A stretch of DNA of 64,000 nucleotides. Source: Giardia intestinalis (lineage: Eukaryota). The position numbers and the translations under genes were made by a program. How positions within the stretch are numbered: the stretch's first letter is position 1; every line of letters begins with the position of its first letter. The notes under the pieces are model-generated. The model did not search any database, was not told the origin of the DNA, and saw nothing but the letters and a program-made list of their open reading frames with translations. Below, in pieces: positions 1-10,638 of the stretch. The stretch is taken from NCBI GenBank assembly GCA_000002435.2, contig CM018793.1. One strand, given 5' to 3'.

Positions 1-3000
1 GTGGGTGGTGAGCCTAGAGCAGTCGCCGAATCGATGGTTTCGGGACAGCTTCTGTCATGAAGGATAATAGAACAGTGCAGCGAAGAACAGGTAACCCAAG
101 TATCAAGAGATACACCTATAATGGCAACCAAGAGAAGTGCTATACATAGTTAGTGACCAATTCCCTTAGACAGGAAGCGGCAGATTATATGGCAGAAGAG
201 AAGTGTTGTTACTGTCGGCCGATCAAGCATTCTAAGACATCGAAGCTGTGACGATGCATCTACCAGTGAGCTCCATCGTGCATTCTGAATGGCACGTTGC
301 CCAACTAAGCTAGGGAAGTTCAGGAGATGACTACGCCCTTCTGTCATCGTATGTGCCCTTTGTGAACACATGTTTGACCCAGCATCCTCTGGCACTCAGA
401 GTAAACCCAAGTGCAAGCAGGGTCAGGCTCATTGAGGCACACCTGCTACGAGTAGCCCCTAGTGTTGGCCAGTCACACCTGAGAGCGTATCTGTCTAGGA
501 GAGCTCTATGTAGGGCGAGGAAGACCATCCTTCGCTGGTTGGCCGTGACTTGGAGCTCAGAACAGACAGGAAACTGAAGTGGTGGCTGGGCTATTGCTCC
601 GCATCGTCTGTGCAGCCATGGCCAGGTCAGCCAGAAGGATGCCTCGATGTGCACATGATTGGCTTGTGTCTGAATACTAAAAAAACTTGAGGCAGCCACC
701 GCGCCCGCCACCCCCAGGACAGAGCTTCTGCACGTATGGCTAGCTCCCCTTGTCAGTTCAGTCTATTGGTCCAATAGTCTGGGAACCCTCTGCCCCGCTC
801 TCTGGCGTACGATGTATCGCAACTGCTCATAGGGGTAAGCAGCATGAAAGAGGAATTGCATGTGTAGACAGCGTGTTATGCCCGTCTCAGAGGACCGAGG
901 TGTCTAACTACAGAGCGCTGCACCGAGCCATGCGCCCCACTGCCTTGCACTGGGGGCTGCCTCCACCACTGCACTTGCTACAACGGAGCTGTGTTGGCCC
1001 AGCAGATTAAGTAGATACTGCATCGACCCTATTTGACGATGTGTACACATCGCGTGATGTCCAATGGTGGAGCGGACACCGTGTGCCAAGGTGTCTGCTA
1101 TTAACGAAAAACAGCACTTGGTTGCACCAGAGATGCTTCTGTGTAAGCATGGGGTCTTCACACCTGTCCCCTATCAGCTATAGTGCCAGCTGTATATCCA
1201 GAAAGGTCCTGCAGAGCACTCCACCGTCTTTCAAGGTGAGACATGGGCTCCACACCTATAGCTAGAAACAGAACTCTGTACACCAACTGTTGTGACCCTC
1301 GTGTGGTAACTGGCCTGTATCATAATCAACTTACTAAACATCTATACACTTGTCTGGATGCCCGTTGCTGGTTTTAGACGGACCTGCGAAAAGGTTTGCC
1401 TTTGTCCGCATGACCTAGTGGTATCTAGTCTTGGTGACAGGCTTCAAGGAAGGAGGATGTTATTTGGGTACACAGAAGGCTACTCGTGTACAAAGATTCT
1501 CGGGAAGCAAATTTAGACAAAGAAGATGGAGAAAGCCAGGGAGCCCACTCTGTAATAGGATGACTAGGTATAGACCCATTTACAATAGGGAAGCACGTGA
1601 GTCATTCTGGCTTCTAAACATGGAAAGATCGTGGAGTCTGCGGACGACTTGGAGGCTGATTTGATTTTGTGCATTTGTAGCGAGGCAGAGGCTTTTGAAG
1701 ACCCACCTGTTCCGAAGTCGAGGGAGCTCGTTTCCTCTCCGTACGTGGCGCAAGACCCTATTGTAGAGGTATACGGTGCACACCAATATCAGTCAGCGTG
1801 TTTGCTACTCAGCAGTTCCTCAGTTGCGTCTTTTCGCAGTAGACGAGCCACCGGATGAGGCTCCCACAATCCACACGATTAGCTTTATAGTGCTCTGTAG
1901 ATGGCCATCCACCCTCACCAGGGGATGACTACATGCATTACGCAGTTTGAGGTACTTGGCAACCAAGGTGGCATAGTTAGCTCTTGCCCACTCAAGCTAG
2001 ACCTCAACCACCTTGCCAACCACATTCCAAGTCACGGTGTTTGTAGATGTCCACCTCAAGTCTACAAGGTGCATCCCACGACTGCACAGCGCGGATAGAA
2101 CCCTTTACCTGCTATAAGAGGCGCCAACCAGTTTGCTGCATCTGGATATCCCTTGTGCGCCCAACGGAGACTTAATGGATCACATTGCTGTGCACACCAG
2201 CCTCTCTGCTCGCGAGCTGCTTTAAGGCTCTCTCATTGTCTCGCCTCCACATGGTTGTCAGACTACCAAGCACTTTGTAACGTCAGCTGATCACCCGAGA
2301 TATCAAGCTTTCGTACAGCGGGTTGCTCAATGTGACACGAAATCTAGAGGGCACTGACTTTCTTAGCTTGCTGTCCATATAGCACTATCATCAATCTTCA
2401 GTCCAGTTGACCAGCACACAGTCCGTTCTCTGGCCAGCCAACCGGGCCTAGTCTTGCTGGTAGACTTTCGAGCATAAGAGTATCCCCTGACAGCGGTGGC
2501 CACGCTGTGTACATTGCCCGGATGATCACTCTTGGCAATGGCTCCAGGACCTGGGCACCCCAGACCAGAGGGACGACAACGGCCCAGTTCGTCTACGGCT
2601 CCACTATCCCTTAGTTAGCATGGAGTGTGGCAGCCCAGATAGCGCTGGCCGTCCGGTATCACCTTTTCTCCGGTGCGCGGGGGTAGCCCTCGTGTGAGAG
2701 GCGCTGTGATATGTTGGCTGGAGCCGGTCAGGCGAGCGGGACCACCGCTCTAGAAGTGCTGGCACATCATTGCGTGTCCGAAGGCATGCCCACCTCAGTG
2801 GGACCATCCCAGATGAGGACGGACGGGCACCGGTTCCTAGATGGGCCTGCGACCGGCGAGGGACAGTCTTTAAAGACGATCGGCCGGCAGAACCTGCTTC
2901 AGTGGCATAGGAGTCGACAGGGGGCAGGCTTATCGACGGTCTGCGGTGCAACCAGGTTAAGTCGTATGACAGACGGACATCCATCCGTTCGCGGTGGGCA

Positions 3001-3537
3001 TGTTGCGTGTCCCTAAGCAGAGGGGGCAGTCGTAGTGAGTCGCGATAGAACACGCAGCCATCCTCCACGGGGCATCGCTCCTGCCGGGCCTCAATGTAGG
3101 ACCTCGACAAGCAGTGTCTGAGGCATCTGCTTGTGATGACCCGTGGCTCGGGCTGCTGGGGATCGCACGGCCGGCTCCATCGGGTCGCTGGTCAGACATC
3201 CAGGAGAGCCTAGGAGTCCCTTGGCAGACCTTGTGACTGGCACAGCAGGAGAACTGGTCGCCAGGAGACCCTCACATCACAGCGAAGAGCGAGGCAGACC
3301 ACTGTCTAGCAGTTACCATGCGATGCGCCTTGCAACACAGAGGAGGGGCCTGCACTGATCGATCCATCTCACAGCCAGCCAGTCACATGAAAGTCGAATC
3401 AGCACGACCCCACCTCTCAGTGCAGACCATGTAGAGACCCTCCCTGCCAGCGCGTCATGCAGCACAGGCAGATGCCACGAAGGGGCGGACTAGTGAACAG
3501 AGCTGTCATGGCCTGTGTGACAGAGCGCCGGGCCATA

Positions 3538-5313
3538 ATGTTCTACGCAGTTTTACTGATCGGCCTTGCGCTTCAGCTGGCGACAGAGGAGTGCACACCT
3601 GTTTCTTCCGGTGGCCCCAACACTTGCAAGGCCTGTGACGCTGTCATCAACGGCAAGAAGTACTGCTCGCAGTGCAATGATACTGGGAATTCTGATTCCA
3701 GTGGCGCCCCGACAGACGGAGTGTGCTCAGCAGACAATAACGAGTGCAGCCAAAAACAAGATGGGAAGTGTACACAGTGCGCTAATAAATCCTTCATGTA
3801 CAAGGGCGGATGCTACAAGGATAGCCAGGCACCTGGCAACACGATGTGTGAAACAGCAACTGATGGAGTGTGCACGCAGGCTAAGGCTGGGTACTTCCTA
3901 CCACCCGATGCTGATAGAGATAATGCACACCAATCGGTCATACCATGTGGAGATGACACAGTAGTAACGCTTGGAAATAGCAAACAGTACAAGGGCGTAC
4001 CGCACTGCACTCAGTGTGAGAAGCCCACAGAGGCAAGTGATACTACTACTGCCAAGGCTGCGACGTGCACGGCTTGTGAGGACGGGTTCTTTGGGGCTAC
4101 TTGTGAAGCATGCCAAGACGAGAATTGCGCTACGTGTGCCATGACAGGCAATAACAAGTGCAGTAAGTGTAAAGGAACTGGTACTAAGACATATCTGAAA
4201 GTGGACGGTGGCAGCACAGGCACGTGCGTCGAAGCATCTGGATGTACAGCTGCTACGTTTCCAAAGGTCGATGAACAACAGGGAAACAAGTGCGCTGCAT
4301 GTAATAGTGTGCCAGATGGTGGAATCGCTAATTGTGCGACGTGCAGTCTGCTCACTCAAGGATCTAGAGCCGCCCCTTTGGTCACATGCTTGACGTGTGA
4401 ACAAAATAAGTATCTCACTCCAGAAAAGAATGCGTGCTTAGATACCTGCCCTGCTGGAATGTATGCCGTTAGTGGCGATAGCGGCAATGTTTGTACCCCC
4501 TGCCACGAGTCGTGCGCAAGCTGTAGCAATGACGCAGCAACGTCGTGCACGGCCTGCTATCCGGGGCATGTGCTGAGTCGGTCGTCTGGTGACGCAGGAA
4601 CGTGCATAAAAGAGTGCACGGGAGACTTTATGGCCCACTGCAAGGCCGACGGCTGCTCACTGAACGTCGGAGGCTCGAAGTACTGCGATCAGTGCGAGGA
4701 GGGGTACGCCCCAGTCGACGGCGTCTGCACATCCATACCTGCAACAGCGAGAGATGCCTCCGGATGTAAGGCAAGTGGCGGGAAATGCACTGAGTGTGGG
4801 GCAAACTACGCTCTGTTATCGGGCGGATGCTACAACACACAGAAGCTTCCTGGTAGCTCTGTGTGTACGGCTGCACAGAATAAGGGACAATGCCAAACGT
4901 GTGCCAATGGACAAAGCCCAGCTGGAGGAAAATGTCCGGCGTGTACTGAAGGATGTGTGAAGTGTGCGGGTAGTAAGGAAACCTGCACAGATTGCTTAGC
5001 AGGGTATTACAAAGGTGCCGGTGATAAATGCTTCAAATGCACGGATAGTGATAAGGCTAGCTCTAATGCAATAACTGGTGTAGAAAACTGCATAAGCTGT
5101 GCCCCGCCAGCTGGTGGCAATGGCCCTGTCACCTGTTACGTAACGCAACAAAAGGCTGACGATGGCACCGGCGGAGATACTGGAGGAGACAGCACGAACA
5201 AGAGCGGCCTCTCCACGGGCGCCATCGCGGGGATCTCCGTCGCTGTGGTCGCTGTCGTGGGGGGCCTCGTGGGCTTCCTCTGCTGGTGGTTCCTCTGCCG
5301 GGGGAAGGCGTGA
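3538..5313 (+). CDS. Variant-specific surface protein (VSP). It is Cys-rich with many CXXC motifs, an N-terminal signal peptide, a C-terminal TM helix and the invariant CRGKA tail.
   Basis: The ORF 3457..5313 ends ...[26 protein letters not shown]. The likely true start is the ATG at 3538 ([15 protein letters not shown] signal peptide) in a TAATGTT context shared with the other VSP starts. About 12% of residues are Cys and CXXC motifs recur throughout. Confidence 0.85.
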   Translation: MFYAVLLIGLALQLATEECTPVSSGGPNTCKACDAVINGKKYCSQCNDTGNSDSSGAPTDGVCSADNNECSQKQDGKCTQCANKSFMYKGGCYKDSQAPGNTMCETATDGVCTQAKAGYFLPPDADRDNAHQSVIPCGDDTVVTLGNSKQYKGVPHCTQCEKPTEASDTTTAKAATCTACEDGFFGATCEACQDENCATCAMTGNNKCSKCKGTGTKTYLKVDGGSTGTCVEASGCTAATFPKVDEQQGNKCAACNSVPDGGIANCATCSLLTQGSRAAPLVTCLTCEQNKYLTPEKNACLDTCPAGMYAVSGDSGNVCTPCHESCASCSNDAATSCTACYPGHVLSRSSGDAGTCIKECTGDFMAHCKADGCSLNVGGSKYCDQCEEGYAPVDGVCTSIPATARDASGCKASGGKCTECGANYALLSGGCYNTQKLPGSSVCTAAQNKGQCQTCANGQSPAGGKCPACTEGCVKCAGSKETCTDCLAGYYKGAGDKCFKCTDSDKASSNAITGVENCISCAPPAGGNGPVTCYVTQQKADDGTGGDTGGDSTNKSGLSTGAIAGISVAVVAVVGGLVGFLCWWFLCRGKA

Positions 5314-5327
5314 CTTAGGTAGTGAAT
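5313..5327 (+). terminator. Conserved VSP-type extended polyadenylation / 3' motif, ACTTAGGTAGTGAAT.
   Basis: The 15-mer overlaps the TGA stop. The same motif recurs after every VSP or VSP-fragment stop in the window (5589..5603, 8296..8310 reverse complement, 10941..10955). Confidence 0.7.
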
Positions 5328-5334
5328 GCTGTAC

Positions 5335-5584
5335 AGTGATAGTGATAGTGCTATGTGGTGTGACATGCTCTGTGGGTGACTGCAAGAGCTGTGTGATGGA
5401 TGATGTGTGTGGGGAGTGCAGCGATGGGTTCAGCATAGAGGGTGGCAGGTGTGTGTCTTCTGGCACCAACAGGAGCGGGCTCAGCGCGGATGCCATCGCG
5501 GGGATCTCTGTGGCTGTCGTCGTCGTCGTCGGAGGGCTTGTCGGCTTCCTCTGCTGGTGGTTCGTGTGCAGAGGAAAAGCGTAG
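5335..5584 (+). pseudogene. VSP C-terminal fragment with a Cys-rich stub, TM helix and CRGKA. It is a tandem partial duplication of a VSP 3' end and has no ATG of its own.
   Basis: In frame it reads ...[72 protein letters not shown]. It is followed at 5589..5603 by ACTTAGGTAGTAAAT. The only in-frame Met lies upstream at 5162, in a frame overlapping the complete VSP. Confidence 0.6.
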
Positions 5585-5589
5585 ATGTA

Positions 5590-6140
5590 CTTAGGTAGTA
5601 AATACGTCACTGTATAAGCCTATCACTCCTGTTTCCAGGGCCTCGCCTGTAGGTGCATTCAAGGATCTCACGGGCAATTCTTATTCAATTTCTGGCCGTC
5701 CGGAGATGAGGGTTGGTTTTGGATAACATAACGAGAGAGTCCTCTCCAGTGATATATCCAGAGCCTAGCGCCTTCCCCGGTCGCTCCGCAGGGGTGTGCT
5801 CAGACCGAATGCGTACTTCGGTCCTTTCGGGGTTCAGGCCTTCTTACGGACTCTCTGGTCCACCAATGGCGCCTCTTCTTGGTCTTCCTTCGTGGCGGGT
5901 GAAGCTCCGGTCGCTGTCTTTTTTAGATGCCCCGTCTGTCGGGGGCTGCCATCGGGCTCTCCGCTGGCTGGGCCCCTCGGTGTCCGTCCGGCTGTGGTTC
6001 TGGGCAGTGGTCCCACAGTCGCGGTCACGTAGGTCCCAGTGGGCCGGCTGGTGGGTGGGGCGGGGGTATGGGGCGGTGAGGCTGGAGGGGCTCTGGTGGG
6101 ACCAGGTGGTGGGTGTTCGTATGTGCCCCTGAGCTCCTGA
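5590..6140. repeat. Inverted-repeat arm A. It is the 3' flank shared by the convergent VSP pair and pairs with 7640..8310.
   Basis: ORF translations on opposite strands are near-identical. Examples are 5713..6132(+) versus 7626..8090(-), and 5796..6032(+) versus 7855..8274(-). Nucleotide comparison of the two VSP downstream flanks shows roughly 85% identity as an imperfect palindrome. Confidence 0.75.
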
Positions 6141-7639
6141 TGAGTGGGGTGATCGCAGCTGTGGTGACTGGGGGCTGTCCATCTGTGACTCACCCCTCTG
6201 TGTGCTCGTGGTCTGTGAGTGCCTCCACCCAGACAACGCCTCAGGAGCCGTGCACACCGGGACAGAGAGGATGACCAAGGGGGTCAAGCAGCCCCGCTAC
6301 GAGAGATGAGAGTGCACAGCAACCAGCCTGATCTGCAGGGCTGCTCGAGCGATGTAGTGGTAGACGGCTCCCTCTGACAGCGACCCTGGTGACTGCACTG
6401 GCCTGCTCTCGAGGCTGAGTGACAGTGTGCACAGATGGACCTGAGTGCAGGAGGACCATCCACACACGAACAGACTGTGTAGACCCAGAGAGGACTGGAG
6501 TCTGCTCGGGACACGCTGACTGTGCCCCCATACGAGAGCACCAGGCAACCACCCGAGCACCCGAGAGGCAACAACAGACACGGGCACCAGAGATCCCCAA
6601 CCAGATACATTGCTACGCTCATCCACAGGGGCATCAGAGGACCAGGTGGGGTCACCCTCACAGTCAGGGCCTGATAGGAAGCCAGAGGACTCACGCAGCA
6701 CAGTAGGTCCAAGGGAGGCACACTCCAGGCAGGTGAGCAGTGGCAGAGCCCTGACAGCTGCCAGCCCCCATGACACCCAGGCAGGCACCAGACTCACCGA
6801 AGACTCCGCTGGCCTCGACTGTCTTCATTGATGACCCGAGGGGGCAGCAGCCAGAGGAGTGAGGAGGCCTTCGGACGCCACAAGAGGCCCGGCTGTCCAG
6901 CAGGCTACGAGGCAGACAGGTGACCTCTGAGCACCACCCAGGCACAGAGCCGACCATCAGAGTGATGCCCGATCACAGAGATGATCACGAGCACCCTCCA
7001 CTGCACTCTGAGGGGCTGTCAATCATCCCAGCTGCCTCTCATAGCAGACCTCCTTGGGGGCAGTGCAGTGGGTCCCAGCTCATGCAGGAGGGTGCACGCC
7101 CCTCGGCATAGGATGCCCCGGCTCTCCCCGAGGGGTCATCAGAGCCACGAGAGGTGTTAAGGTTAGTAGACCACACCGGGAACTCCCGAGGGCACAGCAG
7201 GTGATGTTGGGTGATCCTCAGCGTGCTCCTCTCTGATGGTAGAGCATCCTGAGACCAAGGAGGCTCACCTCTGCCTACGGACGACACACAGCGCTCCACA
7301 ACGAGGACCCACCAGGAGCAGCACAGCTGGTCACGGGGATAGTGCAGCCACCCGGTGCCCCACCGTGTTAGTCTTTTGAGTCATCACACTAGAGGCATGA
7401 GAGAACCCCATCCCATCCACAGGCTCATCCACACCCCTGCTGGCCCGAGGTGAACTACCGTCGAGGCACTGGACAGGGCATGCCAGGGGCTCAGCAGATC
7501 CACACAGAGCATCAGCACAGAGCATCAGCGAGTAGCAGGAGAGGCTGCGATGGCCTGCCTCAACCCTCACGCACCAGCCAGACAGAGAGGCAGTACTGCC
7601 CGAGACAAGGGGCCAAGGGAGGCGCTCAGTCAGGGGGAC

Positions 7640-8310
7640 ACGACACGATCGTCGGTGCCTGTGTCTTGGAGTGCAACGAAGGCTGGGGATCAGACACAAC
7701 CACCTTAGCAAACAGAGCGGGGATCACCCACCACCCCACTGGCCCACTAGACCCAGGGACACATACAAGCACCCCCCACCTCAGCCCCCACCAGGAGCCT
7801 ACCAGCCTCACCGCCCCATACCCCCGCCCCACCCACCAGCCGGCCCACTGGGACCTACGTGACCGCGACTGTGGGACCACTGCCCAGAACCACAGCCGGA
7901 CGGACACCGAGGGGCCCAGCCAGCGGAGAGCCCGATGGCAGCCCCCGACAGACGGGGCATCTAAAAAAGACAGCGACCAGAGCTTCACCCACCACGAAGG
8001 AAGACCAAGGAGAGGCGCCACTGGTGGACGATGTACATGGTGAGTAAGCGGAATCCCAGGCCGACTGAGCAAGCATTCCCGGGTGTGCACACTCAGCTGA
8101 GCACACCCCTGCGGAGCGACCAGGGAAGGTGCCAGGTTTTAGATATACTAAAAGAGAGGAGCTCCTCGTTATATCATCCACAACCAACCTTTGTCTCCGG
8201 ACACGGCCAAAGGAGCGAGAATTTATTCGTGAGATTTCTGGATCGTACCTACAAGCACCCGGTAGCACATCCATATAAGCTACATAAAGTAACGCGTTTA
8301 CTACCTAAGT
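7640..8310. repeat. Inverted-repeat arm B. It is the reverse complement of arm A and carries about 100 bp of extra sequence.
   Basis: Same evidence as arm A. It also includes the reverse-complement polyA motif at 8296..8310. Confidence 0.75.
8296..8310 (-). terminator. VSP-type polyA / 3' motif (reverse complement ACTTAGGTAGTAAAC).
   Basis: The plus strand reads gtttactacctaagt directly abutting the minus-strand stop codon at 8311..8313. Confidence 0.7.
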
Positions 8311-10638
8311 CTACGCCTTCCCCCTGCAGAGGAACCACCAGCAGAGGAAGCCCACGAGACCCCCCACAACGACGATGACTGCGACGGAGATCCCCGCGAT
8401 GGCGCCAGTGGAGAGCCCGCTCTTGTTCGTGCTACCACCGGCACTGTCACCGTTCATGAGGTAGCAGAGAACGGAGCCAGTACTAGACGATGGAGGAGCG
8501 CAGCTCATGCAGCCAGCAACTCCCTTGACACTTCCACTGTTGCTGTCACACGAAGTGCATGGTCCAGCTGCTGATCCGACCATATAGTACCCAGCTGCGC
8601 ATGACGTACACTGGTCAGAGCTATCTGCAGCTGAACATGTATTACAGGTTGAATGACACGAGGGGCATGCTCCATCATTGGGCCGAAGACTATTAGCACA
8701 TGTTTCGCACTTACCCCTGCTATCAGCTAATGTGCATATCTGTTTGCCTGGCTGCTTGGTAGTTTCATAGCAGCCGCCTTCCTTGAGGAAGTAGTTAGCG
8801 GCGCATTTGATACATGCTCCATTATTCATTTCAGTACAGAAAGCTACTCGTGCGTTACTTGTTGTACAGACCCCGTTCAGAGGAGCCTGATTATCCACTG
8901 AGCACTGGGAGCAGTAGTCTGTCCCGCCGATCCTTGCCCCACAGACCTTACATCCGTTCTTGTCCGCCGTACACGCATCCCCGCAGGTGCCCCCTTGCAC
9001 AGGATCACTACTTTTGTATATTAATGCCTTGCCAGCAGGACAAGCACTACACTGATTGTTGGCTGGCCCAACGCACTCAGCGCACTCAGGGCTGCATGCC
9101 TTACACTTCCTGTCAGTATCTCCATAGTATCCGCTGATGGTCGTGCAGTCAGGTATGCACTGGTTTGTTGGAGTGAGATAATTGTTGTCATTACATTCAG
9201 TGCAGACCTCTCTGTCAGTCTTCGGGTTATCACAGGCCTTGCAGTTGGGAGTATTGCAGGCCCCTGCCTTCGGAACACACGTGAGCCCGTCCTCTGACGG
9301 CTGGTACGTCTCCGTGCACGTGCAGATTCCTCCTGCCTCGTTTGCGTTATCGGGGCACTTCGCTATGCAGCCCTTTCCGTTCGGCTGGACCTTCTGTCCG
9401 ACCGTCGCACAGCCCGTGCATGTCTGCTCGCCCCCAGGAGGCGTTGCGCACGTGCTACAGCCGGGTATCGGTGGGTCACAGGCCGTTTTCAGGACACACG
9501 TGAGCCCGTCCTCTGACGGCTGGTACGTCTCCGTGCACGTGCAGATTCCTCCTGCCTCGTTTGCGTTATCGGGGCACTTCGCTATGCAGCCCTTTCCGTT
9601 CGGCTGGACCTTCTGTCCGACCGTCGCACAGCCCGTGCATGTCTGCTCGCCCCCAGGAGGCGTTGCGCACGTGCTACAGCCGGGTATCGGTGGGTCACAG
9701 GCCGTTTTCAGGACACACGTGAGCCCGTCCTCTGACGGCTGGTACGTCTCCGTGCACGTGCAGATTCCTCCTGCCTCGTTTGCGTTATCGGGGCACTTCG
9801 CTATGCAGCCCTTTCCGTTCGGCTGGACCTTCTGTCCGACCGTCGCACAGCCCGTGCATGTCTGCTCGCCCCCAGGAGGCGTTGCGCACGTGCTACAGCC
9901 GGGTATCGGTGGGTCACAGGCCGTTTTCAGGACACACGTGAGCCCGTCCTCTGACGGCTGGTACGTCTCCGTGCACGTGCAGATTCCTCCTGCCTCGTTT
10001 GCGTTATCGGGGCACTTCGCTATGCAGCCCTTTCCGTTCGGCTGGACCTTCTGTCCGACCGTCGCACAGCCCGTGCATGTCTGCTCGCCCCCAGGAGGCG
10101 TTGCGCACGTGCTACAGCCGGGTATCGGTGGGTCACAGGCCGTTTTCAGGACACACGTGAGCCCGTCCTCTGACGGCTGGTACGTCTCCGTGCACGTGCA
10201 GATTCCTCCTGCCTCGTTTGCGTTATCGGGGCACTTCGCTATGCAGCCCTTTCCGTTCGGCTGGACCTTCTGTCCGACCGTCGCACAGCCCGTGCATGTC
10301 TGCTCGCCCCCAGGAGGCGTTGCGCACGTGCTACAGCCGGGTATCGGTGGGTCACAGGCCGTTTTCAGGACACACGTGAGCCCGTCCTCTGACGGCTGGT
10401 ACGTCTCCGTGCACGTGCAGATTCCTCCTGCCTCGTTTGCGTTATCGGGGCACTTCGCTATGCAGCCCTTTCCGTTCGGCTGGACCTTCTGTCCGACCGT
10501 CGCACAGCCCGTGCATGTCTGCTCGCCCCCAGGAGGCGTTGCGCACGTGCTACAGCCGGGTATCGGTGGGTCACAGGCCGTTTTCGGGCCGATTCCTGCT
10601 AGAACCGTTGTGCACACTAAAAGAATTACTGCCAACAT
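8311..10638 (-). CDS. Variant-specific surface protein (VSP) carrying six tandem 73-aa Cys-rich repeats. It is convergent with the VSP at 3538..5313.
   Basis: It is a 775-aa ORF with a signal peptide (MLAVILLVCTTVLAG). The unit KTACDPPIPGCSTCATPPGGEQTCTGCATVGQKVQPNGKGCIAKCPDNANEAGGICTCTETYQPSEDGLTCVL occurs six times. The protein then continues as a non-repeated Cys-rich body ending in the [17 protein letters not shown] tail. The start ATG sits in TTAATGTTGG. Confidence 0.85.
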   Translation of the reverse strand: MLAVILLVCTTVLAGIGPKTACDPPIPGCSTCATPPGGEQTCTGCATVGQKVQPNGKGCIAKCPDNANEAGGICTCTETYQPSEDGLTCVLKTACDPPIPGCSTCATPPGGEQTCTGCATVGQKVQPNGKGCIAKCPDNANEAGGICTCTETYQPSEDGLTCVLKTACDPPIPGCSTCATPPGGEQTCTGCATVGQKVQPNGKGCIAKCPDNANEAGGICTCTETYQPSEDGLTCVLKTACDPPIPGCSTCATPPGGEQTCTGCATVGQKVQPNGKGCIAKCPDNANEAGGICTCTETYQPSEDGLTCVLKTACDPPIPGCSTCATPPGGEQTCTGCATVGQKVQPNGKGCIAKCPDNANEAGGICTCTETYQPSEDGLTCVLKTACDPPIPGCSTCATPPGGEQTCTGCATVGQKVQPNGKGCIAKCPDNANEAGGICTCTETYQPSEDGLTCVPKAGACNTPNCKACDNPKTDREVCTECNDNNYLTPTNQCIPDCTTISGYYGDTDRKCKACSPECAECVGPANNQCSACPAGKALIYKSSDPVQGGTCGDACTADKNGCKVCGARIGGTDYCSQCSVDNQAPLNGVCTTSNARVAFCTEMNNGACIKCAANYFLKEGGCYETTKQPGKQICTLADSRGKCETCANSLRPNDGACPSCHSTCNTCSAADSSDQCTSCAAGYYMVGSAAGPCTSCDSNSGSVKGVAGCMSCAPPSSSTGSVLCYLMNGDSAGGSTNKSGLSTGAIAGISVAVIVVVGGLVGFLCWWFLCRGKA
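9271..10584. repeat. Coding tandem repeat array of 6 x 219 bp inside the VSP gene.
   Basis: A periodicity of exactly 219 nt is seen directly. For example, cacgtgagcccg occurs at 9278 and again at 9497, and then repeats a further four times. Copy 2 of the duplication has a single unit. Confidence 0.9.

Noticed and set aside
3566-5610. Internal and antisense ORFs within the plus-strand VSP (3566..3964, 3898..4404 -, 4996..5610 - and others).
   Set aside because: They are alternative-frame or antisense artefacts of a Cys-codon-rich gene. The VSP frame explains the locus.
5713-8274. Multiple 100-200 aa ORFs on both strands in the inter-VSP spacer (5713..6132, 5844..6287, 7450..8043, 7626..8090, 7855..8274).
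   Set aside because: They mirror one another across the inverted repeat in opposite-strand frames. They are Pro/Arg/Gly-rich low-complexity translations of GC-rich DNA, and they mutually overlap. They are treated as non-coding.
9271-10584. Regularly spaced 219-bp repeats, considered as a possible CRISPR array or satellite.
   Set aside because: The units are contiguous with no spacers. They are in-frame protein-coding (73 aa) inside a eukaryotic surface-protein gene, and the organism is a eukaryote.
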